Part shown: positions 30,214 through 40,039 of the stretch, piece after piece
Layout: each line of letters starts with the position of its first letter
How positions within the stretch are numbered: the first letter of the stretch is position 1
NCBI GenBank assembly: GCA_902776935.1
Contig: CACYRS010000008.1
Location: forward strand, 19,253-83,252
From: an uncultured Prevotellaceae bacterium
GTDB taxonomy: Bacteria; Bacteroidota; Bacteroidia; Bacteroidales; Bacteroidaceae
Direction of reading: 5' to 3'
Length of the DNA stretch: 64,000 nucleotides
Made by a program: the position numbers and the translations under genes
The notes under the pieces: model-generated
Database searches by the model: none
What the model saw: the letters and a program-made list of their open reading frames with translations, nothing else
What the model was told of the DNA's origin: nothing

Positions 30214-30783
30214 TCAGAAAAGAAGCAGTTCGTTGTAGATACGCTGAACGGGCAGGCCCATCACATTGTAGTAACTCCCGTTCAGTCCTGTCACTCCGAT
30301 ATAGCCTATCCACTCCTGTATGCCATAGGCCCCGGCCTTGTCGAGTGGATGGTATTTCTCTACATAATAGTCAATCTCTTCATCCGAGAGTTCCTTAAAA
30401 GTGACACCTGTTACCACACTGAATCCTCTCTCTTTCTCCTTGGTCATAAGATACACACCTGTTACGACCTGATGTGTCTTACCGCTCAGTTTTCTGAGTA
30501 TCCGCTTGGCATCATTAAGGTCAGTTGGTTTGCCAAGGACCTCGTCACCCAATACCACAACTGTGTCAGCTGTGATAATAAGGTCATTATCAGCCATGAT
30601 ATCCTTATATGCCGCAGCCTTCTCTGCTGCAATATATCGTGGGATCTCTTCAATAGAGAGACCCTCTGGATAACCTTCTTCGATATCAGGCAATACCTTT
30701 ACCTCATATTCCAGGTCCAGCCCGCTGAGCAACTCCCTCCTCCTCGGTGAGTTACTCGCCAGAATTATATGATAATCCCTCAT
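30214..30783 (-). CDS. maf: Maf-like nucleoside triphosphate pyrophosphatase
   Basis: ILASNSPRRRELL, ADTVV, DKAGAYGIQ, NVMGLP; start at MRDYHII overlaps the kdsC stop. Confidence 0.93.
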   Translation of the reverse strand: MRDYHIILASNSPRRRELLSGLDLEYEVKVLPDIEEGYPEGLSIEEIPRYIAAEKAAAYKDIMADNDLIITADTVVVLGDEVLGKPTDLNDAKRILRKLSGKTHQVVTGVYLMTKEKERGFSVVTGVTFKELSDEEIDYYVEKYHPLDKAGAYGIQEWIGYIGVTGLNGSYYNVMGLPVQRIYNELLLF

Positions 30784-31301
30784 CACCAGCCAAACGCTTT
30801 TGCGTTCATCACCCATTTCCCCTGGGCTCTGAGCGTCTGTTCGATAACATCTCTGCCACACCCGTGACCACCTATCTTATCACTCACATACACACTGATA
30901 TCCTTAATCTCCTCACAGGCATCGTTAGGACATACCGGACACCCTACCCTGCGCATTATCTCCAAATCGGGTATGTCATCACCCATATACATCACCTCAT
31001 CGTCGGTCAGACCGTATTTCTTGAGAAACTTGTCATAGGTCTCTATCTTCACGGCACAACCCATATAGATATCCTCTACTCCCAAGCCTTCATAGCGCAC
31101 CCTAACACTCTTGGTCTTTCCACCTGTAAGGATAACGATACGCAGTCCGAGCTTCATGGCCAACTGTATGGCATAGCCATCCTTGATATTCACTGTGCGC
31201 AAGGGCTCTCCTCCTCTCGACAGTGTGATGGTCTCACTGCTCAACACTCCGTCGATGTCAAATATGATAGCTTTTATTTTATTTAAGTCGTAGTTAATCA
31301 T
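30783..31301 (-). CDS. kdsC: KDO 8-phosphate phosphatase (HAD family)
   Basis: [34 protein letters not shown]. Confidence 0.9.
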   Translation of the reverse strand: MINYDLNKIKAIIFDIDGVLSSETITLSRGGEPLRTVNIKDGYAIQLAMKLGLRIVILTGGKTKSVRVRYEGLGVEDIYMGCAVKIETYDKFLKKYGLTDDEVMYMGDDIPDLEIMRRVGCPVCPNDACEEIKDISVYVSDKIGGHGCGRDVIEQTLRAQGKWVMNAKAFGW

Positions 31302-31305
31302 CTCT

Positions 31306-31833
31306 TCAGAACTTATTCAGATGGACGTTCTCCCACTTCAGCCTTTCTTCTGCCTGAGGCTTACGCTCATCAGTCCAGTGACCAAGGGCGAGGATACAAA
31401 GACAGTTCATGTTGTCGGGGATGTCGAGCACACCATGGATAACAGTGTCGGAAGTGGTACCGTCTTCCAGACCTCTTCCTCTCATCTGTATCCAACAGCT
31501 GCCAAGACCTAGTTCTTCTGCTTGGTACTGCATGGAGATGGCTGCAATAGAACCATCTTCTACCCAACAGTCGTTCTGCATAGGATCACCGAGCACCACT
31601 ATGGCTATCGGGGCATCTTTCAGAAACTGACTTCCAAGGTTCTTGGCATCAGCTAATTTCTCAAGGTCGAGTTTGTCTTCCACCACCACGAAATGCCATG
31701 CTCTCTGACTCTTTGAGGTTGGCGACATCAGACCGGCACGGAGGATGAGTTTCAGATATTCCGGGTCTACTTCCTTATCACTAAACTTACGGTGACTACG
31801 ACGTAATTGTACTAAATCTTTGAATTCTGTCAT
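31306..31833 (-). CDS. nitroreductase-family protein
   Basis: [21 protein letters not shown]. Confidence 0.92.
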   Translation of the reverse strand: MTEFKDLVQLRRSHRKFSDKEVDPEYLKLILRAGLMSPTSKSQRAWHFVVVEDKLDLEKLADAKNLGSQFLKDAPIAIVVLGDPMQNDCWVEDGSIAAISMQYQAEELGLGSCWIQMRGRGLEDGTTSDTVIHGVLDIPDNMNCLCILALGHWTDERKPQAEERLKWENVHLNKF

Positions 31834-31907
31834 ATCCAAACTATTATTTTTGCCACAAAGTTACAGTTTTTTTTTGGAAGAAACAAAATTATTTGTATTT
31901 TTGTAGC

Positions 31908-32885
31908 GTGAATGGTATAAAGACCGATATTTATAGCCGCATAGACCGGATGCCAGAGGTGGATGGGAGCAATTTCTTCCACAGCCGACAGTTGTTTCTT
32001 ATCAGTGCCTCCACTCCAAAAATGAAACCTTATATGGCTGTGTGTAGTGATGATTCAGGTCGTGTTGTGAGTCATCTGCTTGCGGTGGTAAGATATCGCA
32101 CATCTTTCTTTCCGCCATATTTCTTCATGCACTGCAGAATCATGGGCGAAGGGGAATATGCTGAGAGTGACTATCGTCGTGATGAACTTTTTGGTGAAAT
32201 GCTCTATGCCATCACGCGCAAGTTTAACAGATTGTGTCTTTATATAGAGGTGAGCGACCTCAGTCAGAAGATGTTTGCATATCGGCAGTTCCGCCAATCG
32301 GAGTATTTCCCTGTAAAATGGATGAGCATCCACAACTCACTGCACAGCAAGACTCCTGAGGAACGTATCACCGAAAAGATGATGAAACGGATAGAGAATG
32401 CCTATGCCAGAGGGGTTACGTGTAACACCGTAGATACGGAAGAAGACCTCCGTGACTTCAACAAACTCCTACGCTCTCATCACTGGTTTAAGCCCAAACG
32501 CTACATCCCTGACAGTAGTTATTTTACGAAACTACGGGATAGCAGCCGTTGCCAGCTCTTTGTAACAAAATACCATAATCGTGTTATAGGCTGTTCTGCT
32601 TGTGTCTATGATGACAATGATGCTTTTCTCTGGTATTCAGCCTTCCGTCGCAAGACTTATGCCCATCTTCATCCAGATGCAGTGACAATTTGGCATGCAA
32701 TAAAATATGCTCACGAGAAAGGTTACCAGCACATCAATTTCCTCGATGTTGGTCTGCCTTTCCAGAAGAATCCTTTCCGAGAGTTTATCTTACGTTTTGG
32801 CGGAAAACCTGTCACGACTTATCGGTGGTTCCGCTGCTCCATCGTATGGATCAACAAACTGCTCCACTGGATCTGGCGTGGCTGA
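31908..32885 (+). CDS. GNAT/FemAB-like acyltransferase
   Basis: C-terminal WHAIKYA..KG...NFLDVG...FILRFGG, typical of FemAB-like GNATs; GTG start chosen just after a TATTTTTG box. Confidence 0.75.
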   Translation: MNGIKTDIYSRIDRMPEVDGSNFFHSRQLFLISASTPKMKPYMAVCSDDSGRVVSHLLAVVRYRTSFFPPYFFMHCRIMGEGEYAESDYRRDELFGEMLYAITRKFNRLCLYIEVSDLSQKMFAYRQFRQSEYFPVKWMSIHNSLHSKTPEERITEKMMKRIENAYARGVTCNTVDTEEDLRDFNKLLRSHHWFKPKRYIPDSSYFTKLRDSSRCQLFVTKYHNRVIGCSACVYDDNDAFLWYSAFRRKTYAHLHPDAVTIWHAIKYAHEKGYQHINFLDVGLPFQKNPFREFILRFGGKPVTTYRWFRCSIVWINKLLHWIWRG

Positions 32886-33803
32886 TCAGTGTGAACCGAT
32901 ATAGAGGAACACCATTCCCAACAACACCAGTGCCAGGTCGAAAGCCTTTGCCTTGAGGTTCTTCTCGTGGAAGAACATCGCTCCAAACATAAAACTTACT
33001 ATCACACTTCCTCTGCGTATCATCGACACAATGCTTATCATCGCATCTGGCAGACTCAACGAATAGAAATACATGAAGTCGGCTGCAGAGAGGAAGAGAC
33101 TCACACCGAAGATCGACCATGACCAGTGGAAGGGTGTCGTCTGCTCATGCTTAGGCCACCACAGCAGCCAGAGCATAGCTCCCATCATACCACACTGGTA
33201 GATGTTATACCATGACTGCACCATCATCCTGTCGAGACCTACACCCCCACTCTCTACAGGTGCCATCAGGTATTTGTCATAGAGTCCGCTGATGGCTCCC
33301 AAGACAGCAGCACCAACAATCATATATATCCAATGGTCGTGCTTAAAGTCGATACCTTCTTTCTTTCCACTGCGACTGAGCAGGAGAAACGAAGCCACTG
33401 CCAGCAGCACACCTATCCATTGCCACACGTTCAATCGTTCTCCGAACACGAGAAGAGCTCCTACAAGCACCATCACTGGCCTTGTAGCATTGATAGGACC
33501 CACTATCGTCAGTGGCAGGTGTTTCATTCCGAAATAGCCGAGAATCCAACTGCTTAGTACTATCAAAGCCTTTAACAAAATATACTTATGCATCTCCCAT
33601 CCACCCGTTGCCACATGGAAGATTCCACCATCGAGGACATCCGATGTGCTGCTCATGATGATAAACGGCAGGAATATCAGTGATGAGAAGAGTGTATTGA
33701 GGAACAATACAGGTATCACTGCGTTCTCACGTAGTGCCTGTTTCTTAAACGAATCGTAGCAGCCCAAAAGTGCTGCCGACATAAAAGCTAAAATCAGCCA
33801 CAT
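32886..33803 (-). CDS. EamA/DMT-family transporter
   Basis: About 10 TM helices in two EamA repeats (GERL, HEKN). Confidence 0.9.
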   Translation of the reverse strand: MWLILAFMSAALLGCYDSFKKQALRENAVIPVLFLNTLFSSLIFLPFIIMSSTSDVLDGGIFHVATGGWEMHKYILLKALIVLSSWILGYFGMKHLPLTIVGPINATRPVMVLVGALLVFGERLNVWQWIGVLLAVASFLLLSRSGKKEGIDFKHDHWIYMIVGAAVLGAISGLYDKYLMAPVESGGVGLDRMMVQSWYNIYQCGMMGAMLWLLWWPKHEQTTPFHWSWSIFGVSLFLSAADFMYFYSLSLPDAMISIVSMIRRGSVIVSFMFGAMFFHEKNLKAKAFDLALVLLGMVFLYIGSH

Positions 33804-33806
33804 ATC

Positions 33807-34538
33807 TTAATATACAATTTTTTCCAAGAATAGCGCATTGCCGGGCATCGACTCTCCGGCATCAGACCGCTGCTTGCCTTCTATAACCTTTCTGAAGTCA
33901 TCGAGCGAGAGTCTGCCTCTACCTATATCGATGAGTGTACCCACCACAGCTCTTACCATATTACGAAGGAATCGGTTTGCAGTTATCTCGAAAAACCAGG
34001 TTGTTTCCGATGTCTGTATCCACTCAGCCTTTGTTACATCACATAGTGTAGTCTTCACATCGGCTCCAGCCTTACAGAAAGCACCGAAATCCTTATACTC
34101 CAGTAATATCCTTCCCGCCTCGTTCATCTTAACAAAGTCCAGCGGATAGTGTATCTCACAGCAGTATGCCCTCTCAAACGGGTCTTTGCGGGTGTGGATA
34201 TAATAATGGTATGTGCGCCACTTAGCAGAGAAACGTGCATGCATATCATCACTCACCTTCTCTATCTTCTGCACGGCGATATCCTTTGGCAATATTCTGT
34301 TAAGTTTATACACCATATCCTCTATCGTCAATGTCACATCATCCGCATCAAAGTGAGCCACCATCATCCTCGCATGCACCCCAGCATCGGTTCGTCCGGC
34401 TCCAGTGACAGCAATCTCCTCTCTTAGCAAGGTTGACAGTGCCAACTGCAGTTTCTCCTGTACAGACATACCATTTGGTTGAATCTGCCAACCATGATAG
34501 TTTGTCCCATCGTAACTGAATGTGATGAAATACCTCAT
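33807..34538 (-). CDS. truA: tRNA pseudouridine(38-40) synthase
   Basis: YDGTNYHGWQ, GAGRTDAGVHA, FLRNMVR. Confidence 0.97.
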   Translation of the reverse strand: MRYFITFSYDGTNYHGWQIQPNGMSVQEKLQLALSTLLREEIAVTGAGRTDAGVHARMMVAHFDADDVTLTIEDMVYKLNRILPKDIAVQKIEKVSDDMHARFSAKWRTYHYYIHTRKDPFERAYCCEIHYPLDFVKMNEAGRILLEYKDFGAFCKAGADVKTTLCDVTKAEWIQTSETTWFFEITANRFLRNMVRAVVGTLIDIGRGRLSLDDFRKVIEGKQRSDAGESMPGNALFLEKIVY

Positions 34539-34541
34539 GTC

Positions 34542-35813
34542 CTATATCGATGGTTCTGCAATTTCCTTTCCTCGGCAGAAACGGTGAACAATATGACGGT
34601 CATCTCCAAGATATATATAACGTTCCAAACGATGAAGAAGTGAATAGTTGTCGAAGTTAAGGTCGCTATCGTCAATCACCAATGCATCAAAATCATATCC
34701 AGGTTCAAAGCTACCCACTTTGCCAAACAAACGACCTGCCGACTTTGTTGCAATCCAGAACACCTCAGGCAAAGTAAGGAACGCTTTATCATTGTTTTGC
34801 TGATAATGCATCTTGCTTACCTGAATTGCATAAACCATCATTCGCAATATATTCAAATCGTGACCTCCGCTTATATCGCTTCCCAAGCCAACTGGTATAC
34901 CCTCATCAAGGAATGTACGGACAGGAGCCATACCCGATGCAAGATTCAGGTTAGATGTAGGGCAATGAGCCACCATCACCTGATTTCTTTTCATTAGCTC
35001 TAACTCATTAACCGCTGTCCATACGCAATGCGCCATTACTGTGGGGGTCTGTCCGAAAAGACCATAACGGTTATAAGCATCGCCATAGCTCTGACTTCCA
35101 GGCTCCAATTCCTTCACCCACTCTATCTCAGAAAGATTTTCTGAGAGATGTGACTGTACGGGCAAATGGTGTTTCCAAGCCAGTTCTCCACAGGCTTTCA
35201 AAAGTTCAGGCGTACACGATGGAACAAAGCGTGGAGTGATTATAGGATGTACCAAGCCTTTGGGATCGTTAAATTCGCAAATAAGTGACTCATTGCCTTT
35301 AATGGCCTCTTCAACAGTTTCTACAAGTGTGTCTGGGCAGTTGCGATTCATGTCAACCTTACCTACTAAAGCACCCATGCCTGCCTCAGAGAACAGTTTC
35401 ATAAGCACACGTGTGCTCTCCGTATGAACGGTAGCAAAGACTATGGCTCGCATGGTACCAAAACGCCATAGGTCGTGAACGAATCTACGATACATTCGCT
35501 CTGCATAACTGATGTCGGCATATTTCGATTCCTCTGGGAAAGTATAGTTCTGTAGCCAGGGCAGCAGTTCGAGGTCCATCGCAATACCTTGATTACGATA
35601 CTGTGGAGCATGCACATGCACATCGTTCATCGCGGGAATGAGCAATTTATCACCATAGTCTATAACCTCAGCATCTAAACTGTCCAACGACTTTAAGTCT
35701 TCAGATAAACCCGTCACTACACCATCTTCTACAGCCACATAACCATTTTCAATCACCTCAAAACGGCTCTTTTCTTTTGTAAAAAGAATATGTGCTTTAT
35801 AAACCTTCTTCAT
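34542..35813 (-). CDS. guaD: guanine deaminase (amidohydrolase)
   Basis: DVHVHAPQY, LLPWLQNYTFPEE, TPRFVPSC, QSHLSEN, HCPTSN, GSDISGG. Confidence 0.85.
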   Translation of the reverse strand: MKKVYKAHILFTKEKSRFEVIENGYVAVEDGVVTGLSEDLKSLDSLDAEVIDYGDKLLIPAMNDVHVHAPQYRNQGIAMDLELLPWLQNYTFPEESKYADISYAERMYRRFVHDLWRFGTMRAIVFATVHTESTRVLMKLFSEAGMGALVGKVDMNRNCPDTLVETVEEAIKGNESLICEFNDPKGLVHPIITPRFVPSCTPELLKACGELAWKHHLPVQSHLSENLSEIEWVKELEPGSQSYGDAYNRYGLFGQTPTVMAHCVWTAVNELELMKRNQVMVAHCPTSNLNLASGMAPVRTFLDEGIPVGLGSDISGGHDLNILRMMVYAIQVSKMHYQQNNDKAFLTLPEVFWIATKSAGRLFGKVGSFEPGYDFDALVIDDSDLNFDNYSLLHRLERYIYLGDDRHIVHRFCRGKEIAEPSI

Positions 35814-35833
35814 AAACTATGCCCAAAATAAAA

Positions 35834-36379
35834 TTAATTTCCAAACAAGTCGTCGAGAATAGAATAGAATGCAGGATCTTCGCCAATAATGGTATTTACA
35901 ATTTTTCCGTCGGGGCCAACGATTATCTTAGTTGGAAAACCTTGAATCTCGTATTCTTCAAGGACTTTCGAATCCTTCGGACAGTAAACATGCTTCCAAG
36001 GCAGTTCTAGTTTTGTTACAGCATCTTTCCAAGTCTCCTCACTATCATTACAGTCAATACCCAATATTTCGAACTTACCCGAATATTTTGAGTAATACTC
36101 TTTCATCTTAGGGAAACCCTTAATGCACCAGATACACCAAGACCCCCAAAAGTCTAGTACTACATACTTACCACGCAACGAAGTTAGTACGAGAGGTTTA
36201 CCATCAAGGTCATTAAGAGTAAATCCAGGAGCCTCAACAGCAGAATCCTGTACTTTCTTATTCTCATTAAAAGTCTCAATTACAGCACTTTTCTCTGTTC
36301 CTTTAGTTTTACCATTGTTTGCAACACATCCGCACATAGCAACCGTTGCAAAAAGCATACTCAAAAATTTTTTATTCAT
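35834..36379 (-). CDS. TlpA-family thiol-disulfide oxidoreductase lipoprotein
   Basis: Lipobox-like AMCGC; DFWGSWCIWC; GFPT. Confidence 0.9.
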   Translation of the reverse strand: MNKKFLSMLFATVAMCGCVANNGKTKGTEKSAVIETFNENKKVQDSAVEAPGFTLNDLDGKPLVLTSLRGKYVVLDFWGSWCIWCIKGFPKMKEYYSKYSGKFEILGIDCNDSEETWKDAVTKLELPWKHVYCPKDSKVLEEYEIQGFPTKIIVGPDGKIVNTIIGEDPAFYSILDDLFGN

Positions 36380-36398
36380 TATATTCAATTAACTATAT

Positions 36399-36812
36399 TT
36401 ACATTAGTCCATCAACTGGCATTTTTATTGATTTACGATACGCCAGTCCTGTCACCACACAACATAACTCGCCAAATTGATTGGAGATTCGTACCTCGAC
36501 ATATGGAATCTTATGATGATTATACACCTCCGTAGCCTCAGCTGTCAGCTTGTCACCAACATTGGCACTATGAAGGAACATAATATTATTCTCTATGCCG
36601 AATGTTGTCCCCTCATGACTATTCATAACTGCTGCAAGAGCGATATCTGCCAGTGTGAAATATACTCCACCCTGACAAACTCCTCCCGCATTCAAATGCT
36701 CAGACGTTACTAGAAGTTCTGCACAAGCATAACCCTCTCGTATTTCATTTAAAACACATCCGCTATTAGATGCGAAACGATCGTTCTTGGATAAGAAATC
36801 TTTTAATGTCAT
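36399..36812 (-). CDS. PaaI-family thioesterase (hotdog fold)
   Basis: HLNAGGVCQGG..FTLAD. Confidence 0.9.
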   Translation of the reverse strand: MTLKDFLSKNDRFASNSGCVLNEIREGYACAELLVTSEHLNAGGVCQGGVYFTLADIALAAVMNSHEGTTFGIENNIMFLHSANVGDKLTAEATEVYNHHKIPYVEVRISNQFGELCCVVTGLAYRKSIKMPVDGLM

Positions 36813-36817
36813 ATCTG

Positions 36818-38119
36818 TTATTTTATCTCAATCTTCAATATAAAAGAGGTAGATGAAGTTACTCGGCAAATATTCGAAGTACGCAGACCCACAACCCAAA
36901 CAATCAGCCCTGTAACATCAGCAACCAATAACTGATGGCTCTTTTTTATAAGAGGCAGTTTCTTGTCTGTTAGAAAATCTGATATTAGTTTCGTACCATT
37001 CATACCGAAAGGAACAAATCTGTCACCTTGACGTACAGGACGAAGAGTCAGTGGAAACTTTACCTTATCTGCATCAATAGTGCAAATATAAGGTTCACGA
37101 CTGATGTCGTTGGAATTATTTAATATACTAACTCGCAAAGATCTTGTTTCATCAATATTGTAAAGACCGGTCTCTGGGATGATGAACGGTTTCATAGGAG
37201 GTTTTATCTGTTCAACAAAAATAGTATCACGATCTATGACTAGAGTGTGAGTAGAAGAATTGAACTCTTTACCAGACGTGCCTGAAATAGAAGATTCGAG
37301 AATCTCAAACATCTGGGTACGGTTAAAGCCAAGTGGTGATAGCCATTCGTGCAACAAACTAAGTGGGGATGGGAACTCTAATAACGATGAAATCGAAAGA
37401 TTGTTACCAGGTGCTTTAAAATTTGCATTATAGACTTTCTCTGCCTCAGATAGGAAGAATGTAGTTCTGAAGATATTCTCTGATGCAGATGGATTTAGTT
37501 GCTCAAGTAATGGTATGAGTTGTAAACGAATCTTATTACGCAAAACCTCAGTCTCAAGATTAGAAGAATCTGTTACATACTCTTGTCCTATACCTTTCAA
37601 AGCCAGGAGGATTTCCTTACGACTAACACATAACAAAGGACGCACGACATGTCTGTTACGAGGGCGAATACCTGTAAGACCATGTATTCCTGCTCCACGA
37701 AGAAGATTCATAAGCAACGTCTCTACAGCATCATCACGATGATGAGCAACACAAACAGTATCAGCACCTATATCCTCTAATAATTGGGAAAAATAATGAT
37801 AACGGAGATCACGTGCCGCCATCTCAATGCTTACTTGATGTAAAGCAGCATATTCCCTTGTATCAAAATGAATTAAATGCAAAGGTATATTTTCTCGATT
37901 ACTGAGTCTTTTCACAAACTGTTCATCGCGGTCAGACTCCTCACCACGAAGATGAAAATTACAATGTACAGCCTCTATTCTATAACCTAAAGCTTTCAAA
38001 ACGAGCATCAGAGCAACGCTATCAGCACCTCCACTAAGAGCAACAAGATGCAAACCATCGGCAGACAGCAACTGCTGGCTACGAATAAATTTCGCCACTT
38101 TAAGTTTCAGATTATTCAT
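36818..38119 (-). CDS. tilS: tRNA(Ile)-lysidine synthase
   Basis: SGGADS, EMAARDLRY, AHHRDD, RPLL, DSSN, RNKIR. Confidence 0.96.
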   Translation of the reverse strand: MNNLKLKVAKFIRSQQLLSADGLHLVALSGGADSVALMLVLKALGYRIEAVHCNFHLRGEESDRDEQFVKRLSNRENIPLHLIHFDTREYAALHQVSIEMAARDLRYHYFSQLLEDIGADTVCVAHHRDDAVETLLMNLLRGAGIHGLTGIRPRNRHVVRPLLCVSRKEILLALKGIGQEYVTDSSNLETEVLRNKIRLQLIPLLEQLNPSASENIFRTTFFLSEAEKVYNANFKAPGNNLSISSLLEFPSPLSLLHEWLSPLGFNRTQMFEILESSISGTSGKEFNSSTHTLVIDRDTIFVEQIKPPMKPFIIPETGLYNIDETRSLRVSILNNSNDISREPYICTIDADKVKFPLTLRPVRQGDRFVPFGMNGTKLISDFLTDKKLPLIKKSHQLLVADVTGLIVWVVGLRTSNICRVTSSTSFILKIEIK

Positions 38120-38120
38120 A

Positions 38121-39293
38121 TTACTCTACATAGAGTACGATTCCCTTAAGATATTCTCCCTCAGGGTGGTATATATTGATAGGATGATCTGCAGGCTGGT
38201 GTAACTGATGTAGGATGCGGACCTTACGCCGGGCCTGAGCAGCAGCTGTAAAGACTGCATTACGGAAATGGTCCTTTGTAACAACCTGTGAACAACTAAA
38301 GGTAAATAGTATCCCTCCTGGTTGGATCTTCTGCAAAGCTTTCATGTTAAGACGGGTATAACCTTTTAAAGCATTATGTAATGCTCCACGATGCTTGGCA
38401 AATGCAGGTGGGTCGAGGATTATCAGGTCATACTGGTCACCTGCCTGTTCGAGAAACTTAAATGCATCTTCACAAAAAGCCTTATGACGAGAATCACCAG
38501 GAAAGTTTAATGTCACATTACGATTGGTCAGTTCTATAGCCTTAGCACTACTGTCAACGGAATGAACCAGCTTTGCACCACCTCTCATGGCATAAAACGA
38601 GAATCCACCGGTATAACAAAACATATTGAGCACCTTCTTCCCTTCAGAAAAACGTTCAAGGAGAGCTCGATTCTCACGTTGATCAACAAAGAATCCCGTT
38701 TTCTGTCCTCTTAGCCAGTCAACATAAAACATCAGTCCATTCTCAACAGCAGTATTATCATCCGAACCTCCATATAGGAATCCATTCTCCATATCATCCA
38801 TAAATGGCAGAGTGGTTTCGCTTTTGTAATAGACGTTCTCTATACCGGTTCCCATAACACTTACAAGTTGTTCGGCTATCTCCACGCGACTAAGATGCAT
38901 ACCAATGCTATGAGCCTGCATAACAGCGGTCTTGCCATATACATCAATGATAAGTCCTGGCAGATGGTCACCCTCCCCATGAACAAGCCTATATGTATTA
39001 TTATGAGGATTATCAGCAATTCCTATTGTCTTACGCATGGCAAAGGCAGAAGCCAATCGCGAATGCCAAAACTGAGCATCGATGTCAACATCACGGAAAG
39101 AAAGCACACGTACAGCAATGGAACCGGCCTGATAATGGCCTATTGCAATAAAACTGCCATCGTATTTTACTACCCTTACCACTTCTCCATCAACAACACC
39201 GTCATCGATGTGCTGAATAGCACCGGAGAAAACCCATGGATGGAAACGAAGGAGGCTATCCTCCTTGCCCCTTTTGAGCTGCAAGTTCTTCAT
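38121..39293 (-). CDS. rlmI: 23S rRNA m5C1962 methyltransferase RlmI-like
   Basis: HPWVFSG, GQKTGFFVDQRENR, LDPPAFAK, EGEYLK. Confidence 0.85.
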   Translation of the reverse strand: MKNLQLKRGKEDSLLRFHPWVFSGAIQHIDDGVVDGEVVRVVKYDGSFIAIGHYQAGSIAVRVLSFRDVDIDAQFWHSRLASAFAMRKTIGIADNPHNNTYRLVHGEGDHLPGLIIDVYGKTAVMQAHSIGMHLSRVEIAEQLVSVMGTGIENVYYKSETTLPFMDDMENGFLYGGSDDNTAVENGLMFYVDWLRGQKTGFFVDQRENRALLERFSEGKKVLNMFCYTGGFSFYAMRGGAKLVHSVDSSAKAIELTNRNVTLNFPGDSRHKAFCEDAFKFLEQAGDQYDLIILDPPAFAKHRGALHNALKGYTRLNMKALQKIQPGGILFTFSCSQVVTKDHFRNAVFTAAAQARRKVRILHQLHQPADHPINIYHPEGEYLKGIVLYVE

Positions 39294-39942
39294 ATATTCT
39301 TAAATCTTCTTCAATTTCCAATTCTGTCTCCACGCTGTGAAGTTCATAATTTCCTGTATTTTTGAGCTCCTTCAATTCCTCAAAAAGACGTATGCATGCC
39401 CAAGCATCGATAGCAGCATAACTCTTCTGTTTGGAAGTAAGCACATCACGTTCCCAATTTGATAGTCTTTCTGTCTTACTTATCCGTTCTGCAAAAAGAT
39501 TAGCGTACATCTTCTGAAGACTTAGATCTTCAACACCTATTTCCCGCATATGATCTTGCAAATCAATAAACCATCCAGGCTTAAAATCATGAAGCTGTCG
39601 CAGTGCACGTATATCATCATGCCAAGAAAGGCCTATCTTAGGGACAGTTGTATCCTCTAACATACGAATGATTGCAGGCGTCATACCAGTAAAATTCAAT
39701 CTGAACAGAAAGCAATTATGCCGTGTTGCAACCTGAAGGAGACAACACTTGAATTGCTGATTGCGGTTAAAGGCTGGACGAGTTTCCGTATCGACACCTA
39801 AAATCGGCATCGACAACAGGTAATTGACAGCTTTCTCCGTATCATTTGGGGAGACTATTACGAAAATCGGCTTATCATAAGTGACCTTTGGTAAGTCTGT
39901 CAACCACTCCTTCAAAAACCTGTTATAAATGATCTTTTTCAT
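39256..39942 (-). CDS. 3'-5' exonuclease (DEDDy, RNase D/WRN-like)
   Basis: GVDTETRP, LLQVAT, SNWE...YAAIDA. Confidence 0.9.
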   Translation of the reverse strand: MKKIIYNRFLKEWLTDLPKVTYDKPIFVIVSPNDTEKAVNYLLSMPILGVDTETRPAFNRNQQFKCCLLQVATRHNCFLFRLNFTGMTPAIIRMLEDTTVPKIGLSWHDDIRALRQLHDFKPGWFIDLQDHMREIGVEDLSLQKMYANLFAERISKTERLSNWERDVLTSKQKSYAAIDAWACIRLFEELKELKNTGNYELHSVETELEIEEDLRIYEELAAQKGQGG

Positions 39943-40039
39943 TATCAGGGTGCAAAAATACAAAAAAATCGATAAAATATGATGAAATTTGGGAATTTTC
40001 CGCTACTTTTGCACGAAAATTGAGAAATATAAACCTATT

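Noticed and set aside
39256-39293. 38 nt overlap between the exonuclease gene and rlmI
   Set aside because: Short same-strand overlap of a low-complexity C-terminal tail; both proteins look complete.
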